Below are positions 56,589 through 63,914 of a DNA stretch of 64,000 nucleotides, in pieces; position 1 is the stretch's first letter; each line of letters starts with the position of its first letter. Below the pieces are notes generated by a model. It had not been told where the DNA came from. It did no database searches and worked only from the letters and a program-made list of their open reading frames with translations. The translations under genes were made by a program, and so were the position numbers. Origin of the DNA: an uncultured Clostridia bacterium (lineage in GTDB: Bacteria > Bacillota > Clostridia > Christensenellales > UBA1242); contig CALWJU010000022.1 of the NCBI GenBank assembly GCA_944381105.1, forward strand, positions 10,083-74,082, written 5' to 3'.

Positions 56589-57759
56589 ACTTTTTTTAAG
56601 TGTCATAGCCTCTCTAATCTTGATAGCGGTAGGATTTGGCGTAGGTTTTGCCTACCGAGTTTTTATTGAGGACGCTCCAATCAGCGAAACTATGCCAACA
56701 GAAGATGAAACAGGAGGCTCGCAGGACGATCAGCCATCAGTGATAGTGGAGGGCGACATATCCATTCACTTTATGGAACTTGGTAACAAATACACAGGAG
56801 ACTCAATCTTTATCCAGTGCGGAGATAACGATATACTCATTGATGCGGGTTCGCAAAATAGTTCTGCTACCACAATTATTAACTACGTCGACCAATATGT
56901 AACCGACAACACTCTTGAATATGTTATAGCGACGCACGGACATGAGGACCATATAGGTGCATTTTATAGCACAAGTACAAGAGAGGGTATATTTGAACAC
57001 TACGTCGTAGAGAACATAATAGACTTTCCGCTTACAAGCAAAACCGACGACGAAATTACAGAAAGGTCGGTTATAGGGCGTTACTACTCGGCAAGAGAAG
57101 AAGAGATTGCAAACGGGGCAAATCACTGGACTGCGCTTGAATGTTACAATAGCGTTAATGGTGCAAGTAGGGTAATACAACTCAGCGATAATGTCGAACT
57201 TGAAATTCTCTACAACTACTATTATGAGGTTAGAGATACAAGTGGCGAGAATAATCACTCAGTTTGCGTAATGATAAATCAAGGCGACAATCACTATCTC
57301 TTCACAGGCGACCTAGAAGCAGAGGGAGAGGAAAGACTAGTTGACTTTTATGAAGAAAACTATGGCGGACTGCCACACTGCATACTTTATAAGGCTGGGC
57401 ACCATGGCTCATATACGTCAAGTACTGATAGTCTTATGCAAGCGATAACCCCAGAATATGTGGTAGTCTGCTGTTGTGCAGGTACTGCCGAGTATACCGA
57501 CGATCCATCAAGACAATTCCCTAGCCAAGACTTTATTGATAGAGTCTCTCCTTTCACCGACAAAGTCTATGTTACATCCGTTGTTGACAATTATAGTGAT
57601 TCAATGTCTGATACAACAGTAAAGTCAATGAACGGAAATATAATCTTCACAGTTACCGACGGCGTAATCTCACTTGAATTTAGCGGACATGACCTCAAAC
57701 TCAAAGACACCGATTGGTTTAAAGAAAATAGAGATTGCCCTCTTGCGTGGCAGACATAA
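56575..57759 (+). CDS. Membrane-anchored MBL-fold hydrolase (ComEC C-terminal-domain-like)
   Basis: N-terminal TM. DSIFIQCGDNDILIDAG, ATHGHEDHIG, GDLE, KAGHHGS. Overlaps the upstream gene by 14 nt. Confidence 0.75.
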   Translation: MKVFKLFLSVIASLILIAVGFGVGFAYRVFIEDAPISETMPTEDETGGSQDDQPSVIVEGDISIHFMELGNKYTGDSIFIQCGDNDILIDAGSQNSSATTIINYVDQYVTDNTLEYVIATHGHEDHIGAFYSTSTREGIFEHYVVENIIDFPLTSKTDDEITERSVIGRYYSAREEEIANGANHWTALECYNSVNGASRVIQLSDNVELEILYNYYYEVRDTSGENNHSVCVMINQGDNHYLFTGDLEAEGEERLVDFYEENYGGLPHCILYKAGHHGSYTSSTDSLMQAITPEYVVVCCCAGTAEYTDDPSRQFPSQDFIDRVSPFTDKVYVTSVVDNYSDSMSDTTVKSMNGNIIFTVTDGVISLEFSGHDLKLKDTDWFKENRDCPLAWQT

Positions 57760-57777
57760 TAAGATATATGACAAAAA

Positions 57778-57809
57778 AGAGCGTAAAAAAGTGTTTTACG
57801 CTCTTTTTC
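57778..57809 (+). terminator. Rho-independent terminator
   Basis: AGAGCGTAAAA-aagtg-TTTTACGCTCT followed by ttttt. Confidence 0.85.
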
Positions 57810-57813
57810 TCTA

Positions 57814-57841
57814 TTGATTTTAAGAAAAATCGTGATATAAT
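57814..57841 (+). promoter_or_regulatory. Promoter, -10 is 6 nt from the ATG (leaderless candidate)
   Basis: TTGATT (57814..57819) -16 nt- TGaTATAAT (57836..57841) -6 nt (ttaatt)- ATG 57848. Confidence 0.55.
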
Positions 57842-57847
57842 TTAATT

Positions 57848-58429
57848 ATGAAAAATATTGAAGAATTAAGAACCTATGGAGACGATTTTTTTGTTGTCTC
57901 CTATAAAGATGATATATTGATTATAGTAGAAAAAGATAGATATGATATTATAAATTTCTCTGGCGAAAAAGATTTTTATTTGTTTGATTGTAATTTGAAA
58001 AATATAGGTCATCTAAATTTTATCTTGCAACATCTTAACGGCAAGCAAATTAAAGAGAGAAAAGACAATGGGTGGCTTGATGTCCCAGAATATTTTGTTA
58101 TTTTAAATGAAATAAATATAAAAGACAATTACCGAGACAACCACTTAGGAAATTTCCTTTTAAATTATGGTATAAAAGATTTAATGGAACTATCAAAATG
58201 GATAAATAAAGAGTTGCCTATTACATTTATAAGAATTAACACACCCGTTACAAGACAATTTTATAAGAAGTGGGGTGCAGAGTATAACGAGGGTAGAACT
58301 GGCTCAAAAAGAGGCTTTTCATATATGATAATTAAATCTCCAAAGCCAAAAGAGGAGTATGAGGGGAAGGTTATCTATAAGTCAATAATTTGTGAGGACT
58401 GTAAGTCTAGTTCACTAGAAGAAAAGTAA
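57848..58429 (+). CDS. Hypothetical protein, possible GNAT-fold acetyltransferase
   Basis: VILNEINIKDNYRDNHLGNFLLNYGIKDLMELSK...ITFIRINTPVTRQFYKKWGAE resembles GNAT motif A/B (R-x-x-G-x-G/A ... N-x-x-A-x-x-F-Y-x-K-x-G-F). Weak call. Confidence 0.4.
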   Translation: MKNIEELRTYGDDFFVVSYKDDILIIVEKDRYDIINFSGEKDFYLFDCNLKNIGHLNFILQHLNGKQIKERKDNGWLDVPEYFVILNEINIKDNYRDNHLGNFLLNYGIKDLMELSKWINKELPITFIRINTPVTRQFYKKWGAEYNEGRTGSKRGFSYMIIKSPKPKEEYEGKVIYKSIICEDCKSSSLEEK

Positions 58430-58430
58430 T

Positions 58431-60608
58431 TTATTCTCGCTCTATCTCTTCTTGACTTTCCTCATTAATTAAATTTTGTCCCATGTCAATGCTTTGTGGC
58501 TGAATAAAAATTACCTTTCCACAACATGGACTAAAATATTCATTTTGATAGACCAGCCATAAAACATTTGCATCTTTAAGGTCTTTTTCAGGCATTGAAC
58601 CATAGGTTCCATCAGTAAAGACAATCTTATTTGTCTCTCTCTTGTTTGTAAACGCTCTTACAGCGGCGTCATAGTTTGTTCCGTCGTATGGTCTAAAAAT
58701 TGTCATCTTGTCAACATCTCGCTCTGTCTTTATTTCAATAAAATCTTTGGTAACAACACCTGCAAAAAATTTAACTTTTAGTGTGGAATTTTTTACAATA
58801 TTTTTGAGTTGTCTTACAAAAGATAAAATCATTCTGTCGCTTACAGATGTCGAGGCATCAATAAGAACCTCAGTCTCGACGCCCTCGTCAAGATCATTCT
58901 CTTCAAGGCGGTAGGCATAATTGTTCTCGGCAATAGAGCGTCTTTGCGACCAAACAGTCTCAGTCTTTTCTACCTCTCTCCTCAAAATGAGTTTCCAGTC
59001 AATGATAGCCTTTGTCTTTCCAATATCTTTAAAGACCGAAGATTTGATAGGCGTCGTATGTTTTACTTGTTCCTGCTTTTGCTGAAATTTCTGTTTAGTT
59101 ATTTCTCTTCGCTCCTGCCTGTTTTTGTTAAACTCCTCTCTCTCGTCAAGTTTAGCCTCATAGTCAGGGGAGTCTTGTTCAAATTTGTCCTTATCAAACT
59201 TCCAAAACTCATTTTTTGCACGAGAGTTGTCTTGCTCTCCTCTCTGCTTGTATCTGTCGTTTTGAGCATCATTTCTGTCATGCTCATGTATTGTAGGCGG
59301 ATTTTTTTCATCCTTGCCGTCTTGCTTTTCCTGATTATCGCTTAAATTGTCATCATCATTTTGCTTGTCTTGCTTTTCATTATTATTCTTTTTCTTAACA
59401 ATCTTGCTCGCTTTTTGAATAATTTTTTCCTTTATGCTTGCCTTTTTTTCTCTTTGAGTTTTCTTATCTTCTTTTTCCTTCTTTTCCTGCTTGTCTTTTT
59501 GAGAATTTTGCTCGTCTTGATTATTTTGCTCTTGTGTAGAGGAATTGCTATCTTGTTTGTTTCCTTTTTGTTTTCTCTCTTGATTTTTATTAAGACTATC
59601 TTCCCAAAGTGAGTGGTCATCTATGGTGTCTTGACTAAAATCAAAATCTTTGACTATGCTATCTTGCGAAGTAGGTGAGTTTTTACTATTTTGATTTTTA
59701 TCTTGCCCACTTTTGATAGTCCCCTCTTGACCATTCTCATTTCGACCGCCACTTGAAGCATTTTCCCCACTTTGAAAAACGCCCTTATTTTGATTATTGC
59801 TTGAAGAATTTTGACTATCAGTTATCTTGTCTTGATTTTCCTTGCCATCAGAGTTGTCGCAACCAGAAGCATTTTGCTCGTTCTGTGAGTTTTTGTTGCC
59901 TTTGCCCTGCGAGTTGCCTTTACTATGCTCGTCATCTTTTCCATTTTCTGAGGAGTTATCTTGACTATTATTTGACTTGTCTTTACTCTGTTTGTCTTTT
60001 CCTTGTTTTTCCTCTTGCGAGTTTTCTCCGTTCCCTTCGCTTTGTCCCTGCTTGTTTTTATCACCATTTTTATCTTTTTCGTCAGACGGCTTATTCTCTT
60101 GCCCTCCTTGGCTGGAACCTTCTTGTTCTTGCTGAGGTTGTCCTTTTTGACCTTGTCCTCCGAAGCCATTGCCTTGTTGCCTCTGCTTTTCTTGATAGAG
60201 CAGGTCATAAAGTTCTTCAGAATTATATTTCAGTGCACCCTTTATGTTGATATAACCATTTGGAATAACAAACCCATCTCTTTCAAGGTTTGCATTTATT
60301 ATAGCATCGGTCGCAATGTTCCACACATGACTATCTCTCATATTTCCGTCTCTGTTTTTCAAACGAAACTTATGCTCAAATTTTATATGCATAAGTTCAT
60401 GTGCGACAAGGAAAATTCTATTGTCTAAATCAAGACCTGCAAAATAATCAGGGTCTATATAGATTGTCTTTCCATCAGTCCCAGCAGTATGATAGGGGAG
60501 ATTGCTGTTATACTTAAATTCAGTCTTAGCAATCTGCGAGGCAAAACGAGGATAACGTGCAATTATCAACTTCTTTATATCTTCAATTAGCCCTAAATCA
60601 CCTTTCAT
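58431..60608 (-). CDS. DUF2201-like protein: N-terminal HExxH putative metallopeptidase domain, ~360-aa low-complexity linker, C-terminal VWA-like domain
   Basis: ATG 60608 with SD aggag overlapping the upstream stop. VAHELMHIKFEH (HExxH at 60387..60401) and WNIATDAIINANL. Linker rich in Q/N/K/E/D/S/G (~59100..60190). MIDAS-like DASTS (58845..58859) in VLIDASTSVSD, followed by an alternating beta/alpha pattern. Confidence 0.75.
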   Translation of the reverse strand: MKGDLGLIEDIKKLIIARYPRFASQIAKTEFKYNSNLPYHTAGTDGKTIYIDPDYFAGLDLDNRIFLVAHELMHIKFEHKFRLKNRDGNMRDSHVWNIATDAIINANLERDGFVIPNGYINIKGALKYNSEELYDLLYQEKQRQQGNGFGGQGQKGQPQQEQEGSSQGGQENKPSDEKDKNGDKNKQGQSEGNGENSQEEKQGKDKQSKDKSNNSQDNSSENGKDDEHSKGNSQGKGNKNSQNEQNASGCDNSDGKENQDKITDSQNSSSNNQNKGVFQSGENASSGGRNENGQEGTIKSGQDKNQNSKNSPTSQDSIVKDFDFSQDTIDDHSLWEDSLNKNQERKQKGNKQDSNSSTQEQNNQDEQNSQKDKQEKKEKEDKKTQREKKASIKEKIIQKASKIVKKKNNNEKQDKQNDDDNLSDNQEKQDGKDEKNPPTIHEHDRNDAQNDRYKQRGEQDNSRAKNEFWKFDKDKFEQDSPDYEAKLDEREEFNKNRQERREITKQKFQQKQEQVKHTTPIKSSVFKDIGKTKAIIDWKLILRREVEKTETVWSQRRSIAENNYAYRLEENDLDEGVETEVLIDASTSVSDRMILSFVRQLKNIVKNSTLKVKFFAGVVTKDFIEIKTERDVDKMTIFRPYDGTNYDAAVRAFTNKRETNKIVFTDGTYGSMPEKDLKDANVLWLVYQNEYFSPCCGKVIFIQPQSIDMGQNLINEESQEEIERE

Positions 60609-60616
60609 CTTCACTC

Positions 60617-60991
60617 CTACATATCAATTACAGCAAAACGGTAAATTTCACTTGATATGTCTTTTAAACTTTTTTCATTTTCAACGGTAAAAACAATAAT
60701 ACAATTGCTCGGCAAATTATATCCATTGTATTCTCTGTCTTTCACAAGTCCTACAAATCTGTCCTGTTGAGGTTTGTCTATCTTGTCTATGTTTTTGATA
60801 ACAAAATAACAAATTTCATATTTCTTGCATTTGTCGTTTAATTTGTTTGCAAAAGGAACTTGATTTAAAAAACTATCACTTACACCTGCTTCCATGCTGA
60901 CAATAGGGGAGAGCGATTTGTACTCGTCTGTTTTGACAATCACACAAACCGCCTTAGAATTTCTTTGCAAATCGATTAAGTCTTTGTTCAC
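60617..60991 (-). CDS. 124-aa protein resembling an AAA+ core that lacks a P-loop
   Basis: GTG start 7 nt after aaggag, which is embedded in the last codons of the upstream gene. YFVIKNIDKIDKPQQDRFVGLVKDREYNGYNLPSNCIIVFTVEN aligns with the Walker-B-to-sensor-1 stretch of the adjacent ATPase (VVIMLDELLNVKPAIQSLVYTLVLNKLVETGKGLKLPANTVVVATGN). No GxxxxGK(S/T). Confidence 0.6.
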   Translation of the reverse strand: MNKDLIDLQRNSKAVCVIVKTDEYKSLSPIVSMEAGVSDSFLNQVPFANKLNDKCKKYEICYFVIKNIDKIDKPQQDRFVGLVKDREYNGYNLPSNCIIVFTVENEKSLKDISSEIYRFAVIDM

Positions 60992-60995
60992 TTAT

Positions 60996-63914
60996 CTACT
61001 CCTTTTCATCTTCATTTTGAAGGTCTTTAAGGTCTATCCCAAGTTTTTCTAAATACTTCTCCATATCAACCTCGTCGAATTCATATACCCAATAACCAAA
61101 CTTATCACACTTGTCAATGGAAGTATATGTGCTATCATTGCAATAAACAGAATCCGCCTTATACCTTTTATCCCAATAATCTTCATCCAAATACGATTCT
61201 CCACTTGACCACTTTCTACCCATTTTATTAAATACTTTTCTTAATATATCTGATTGTTCTTTGGTAGTTGTGTGAATTGCTATCATCCGCTTCGCCTCCC
61301 AAAACTCATCAATGGTAATTTTATATTCCCATTTTTTCTGAGGCTTTGTAGGTGTACTATTTACATTTATGTTTGTTTTATCTCGTTTACTAAGATACTT
61401 TTCCATATCAACCTCGTCAAAGTTGTATACAGTGTGATAATATCCAGCTTCTCCATATCGTCCTTTATTGGAATAAGCAGTGTCTTCTTTGTGCGTTTCC
61501 CAAAAGTTGTTATATGGACGATACGATTTTCCACTATACCACTTTTTGCCCATTTTACGAAATACTTTCATTAAAATTTCGGCCTGCTTTTCGGTAGGTG
61601 TACGAATGGCCAACTCGTCATGTGAGTTCCAAAACTCATCAATTGTAATTTTAAATTGCCCATTTGCCTGAGGTTTTGCAGGAGTACTCCTCACTGTTGT
61701 GATTGTTGAACCTTGCTTGTCAAGATATTTCTCCATATCAACCTCGTCGAAGTTGTATACGGTGTGATAATATCCAGCGTCTCCATATTTTCCTTTATTG
61801 GAATAAGCAGTGTTAGCTTTGCAATCCTCCCAATAATCACTGTCTAAATACGAGTCTCCATCATACCATTTTTTACCCATTTTATTAAATACTTTCATTA
61901 AAATTCTAGCCTGTTCTTTGGTAGGTGTGTGAATTGCCAACAGGTTCCTTGACTCCCAAAACTTATCAATTGTAATTTTATATTTCCCATTTCTCTGAGG
62001 TTTTGCAGGAGTACTCCTCACTGTTGTGCCTGTTGAACCTTGCTTGTCAAGATATTTCTCCATATCAACCTCGTCGAATTCATATATGGTACTCACTCCT
62101 TTGTAAGATTCTACACTACCATAAATTCTGCTATTACTATAAACAGTGTTAGCTTTGCAATTCTCCCAATAATCACTGTCTAAATACGATTCTCCACTTG
62201 ACCACTTTCTACCCATTTTATTAAATACTCTCAATAAAATTTTAGCCTGTTCTTTTGTAGGTGTGTGAATTGCCAACAGGTTCCTTGACTCCCAAAACTT
62301 ATCAATTGTAATTTTATATTTCCCATTTCCATGTGGTTTTGCAGGAGCACTCTTCACTGTTGTGATCGTTTTTTTATCTTGCTTGTCAAGATACTTTTCC
62401 ATATCAACTTCGTCGAAGTTGTATATTTTATAGTTGCCGTTGTTTATTTTGGCGGAGCCGTAACATCTATCATTGCAATAAGTAGTATTTCCTTTATACT
62501 CATCCCAACAATTAAAGTCCAAATAGGAGTCTCCGCTTTGCCATTTTTTGCCCATTTTATCAAATACTTTTCTTAATATTTCTGATTGCTCTTTGGTAGG
62601 TGTATGAATTGCCAACCTGTGTCCAGTCTCCCAAAACTCGTCAATAGTTATTTTGTATTTTTTCTTTGTGCTATTTCTTGACATTGAATTCTTGTCAGAT
62701 ATATTCTTATAGTCAGCCGTTTTCTCATCAGCCATATTTTCATTTTCGTGCAAACTTTCCCTTAGAGCATCTTTTTCCCACATTTCTGCGATTTTTTGCA
62801 TTCTTTTTTCGTCATTTCCAGCCCAATACAAGTCATACACCGAAAGATATTCAGGGTCGCAATAGTCCCGTATAAAATCTCTTGCTTTTTCTAGTTGTTT
62901 TTCATCAGCACTCAAAAGCCCTGCAATATAGGCAAATTTTTCATTTGTGTCAGTCGGCAGATCTACATCTGTATAATTGCCACTTGCAATATCATCAATA
63001 GTCAGTACAGGGTAGTTATAAAAATCATAGAACTCGCTTGCCCACTCATCACGAAGTTTGCTTATGAGTGAGGTTTTAAGCAATTCTTCCACATCCTTAC
63101 CAGCAAACTTGCCATTTTTCAAATCATCTTCAAAGCCATATAACATATTCGAGATAGAAACCCAGCCACGAGGGTCATTAGTCTTTCCACGACAGCCAAA
63201 TTTATCAAGATTTATCTCGCCAACTTCTGGCTCTTCATAGAAATAACCTATCTTTTTTAGTTCATCACTCTTTGAATTTTCAAGATATTTGGTGAAGATA
63301 TATCCCATGACCGCAGGGTGTACCTTTTCAGGTATAGCATATTCGGTGAGCCATTGACTGACCTTAGGTTCCATATCAAGCACATGGTCGAAACGTTTTT
63401 CAAGAGGCTCGGCAAGGTCCTCAGCAACAAGCGAGTACTTTTTTTGGTTGCCTGTTGCGACAACAACGGTGTTTGCAGGAAGTTTTAAGCCCTTTCCTGT
63501 CTCAACGAGTTTGTTAAGAACAAGGGTATAGACAAGCGACTGAATGGCAGGTTTGACATTTAAAAGTTCGTCAAGCATAATCACAACTCTGTCTTTTGCA
63601 GTCTTAGAACGCTCGTATATGGTGTCCGCTATCTCATATAGATACTGCACATTTTCAGCGACAAGTTTTCTCTCTTCATCTGTCGCACAAGCAAGCAGAG
63701 CCTGTTTTGCAAAGTCGGGCGGTATAGATTGACCTGTCTGCAAGTTCATAGAGCCAACTACTTTTTCAGGGAACATATTATTTGTAAGTTTGAGATAAAT
63801 TAAGTCAGGATACAATTTCTTTATCCTCTCAGTTTTACCAATTCCAGATGGTCCACGCAGCAAAACAGATTGTCCTGCATCTATCCAACTCTTTATGATT
63901 TCAGTATCCGTCAT
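60996..63914 (-). CDS. AAA+ ATPase (MoxR/AAA_5-like) with helical middle region and five C-terminal tandem ~110-aa repeats; true start may lie beyond the window
   Basis: Walker A LLRGPSGIGKTE (63831..63854). Walker B VVIMLDE. Sensor-1 VVVATGN. EPLEKRFDHV. The frame stays open from ATG 63914 to the window edge, and there is no good SD before 63914. Confidence 0.8.
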   Translation of the reverse strand: MTDTEIIKSWIDAGQSVLLRGPSGIGKTERIKKLYPDLIYLKLTNNMFPEKVVGSMNLQTGQSIPPDFAKQALLACATDEERKLVAENVQYLYEIADTIYERSKTAKDRVVIMLDELLNVKPAIQSLVYTLVLNKLVETGKGLKLPANTVVVATGNQKKYSLVAEDLAEPLEKRFDHVLDMEPKVSQWLTEYAIPEKVHPAVMGYIFTKYLENSKSDELKKIGYFYEEPEVGEINLDKFGCRGKTNDPRGWVSISNMLYGFEDDLKNGKFAGKDVEELLKTSLISKLRDEWASEFYDFYNYPVLTIDDIASGNYTDVDLPTDTNEKFAYIAGLLSADEKQLEKARDFIRDYCDPEYLSVYDLYWAGNDEKRMQKIAEMWEKDALRESLHENENMADEKTADYKNISDKNSMSRNSTKKKYKITIDEFWETGHRLAIHTPTKEQSEILRKVFDKMGKKWQSGDSYLDFNCWDEYKGNTTYCNDRCYGSAKINNGNYKIYNFDEVDMEKYLDKQDKKTITTVKSAPAKPHGNGKYKITIDKFWESRNLLAIHTPTKEQAKILLRVFNKMGRKWSSGESYLDSDYWENCKANTVYSNSRIYGSVESYKGVSTIYEFDEVDMEKYLDKQGSTGTTVRSTPAKPQRNGKYKITIDKFWESRNLLAIHTPTKEQARILMKVFNKMGKKWYDGDSYLDSDYWEDCKANTAYSNKGKYGDAGYYHTVYNFDEVDMEKYLDKQGSTITTVRSTPAKPQANGQFKITIDEFWNSHDELAIRTPTEKQAEILMKVFRKMGKKWYSGKSYRPYNNFWETHKEDTAYSNKGRYGEAGYYHTVYNFDEVDMEKYLSKRDKTNINVNSTPTKPQKKWEYKITIDEFWEAKRMIAIHTTTKEQSDILRKVFNKMGRKWSSGESYLDEDYWDKRYKADSVYCNDSTYTSIDKCDKFGYWVYEFDEVDMEKYLEKLGIDLKDLQNEDEKE
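60999..62660 (-). repeat. Five in-frame tandem repeats (327..339 nt; 109..113 aa) inside the ATPase gene
   Basis: Protein units start at aa 419, 532, 644, 753 and 863. Consensus: KITIDEFWE..LAIHTPTKEQ..IL.KVF.KMG+KW.SG.SYLD..YW.....T.YSN...YG......YEFDEVDMEKYL. DNA: 72-nt exact identity between 61921..61992 and 62257..62328. 'ccatatcaacctcgtc' recurs five times, with one mismatch in the fifth copy (ccatatcaacttcgtc). Confidence 0.95.

Noticed and set aside
58708-60428. Multiple ORFs on both strands and frames (58944..59345, 59361..59612, 59753..60250, 60003..60428, 59099..59311, 59432..59620, 59822..60208) over the VWA/peptidase gene
   Set aside because: They are artefacts of the strand-skewed low-complexity linker DNA. 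Their products are poly-L/F/S or poly-K/R strings. Only the 725-aa frame links the recognisable HExxH and VWA domains.
61254-63732. Plus-strand ORFs (61254..61574, 61480..61671, 62331..62576, 62666..62875, 63058..63240, 63544..63732) and the minus-strand ORF 63257..63466, all overlapping the ATPase gene
   Set aside because: They are short and repeat-derived; two of them simply mirror the tandem repeat. None has start signals. The sense frame carries the AAA+ motifs.
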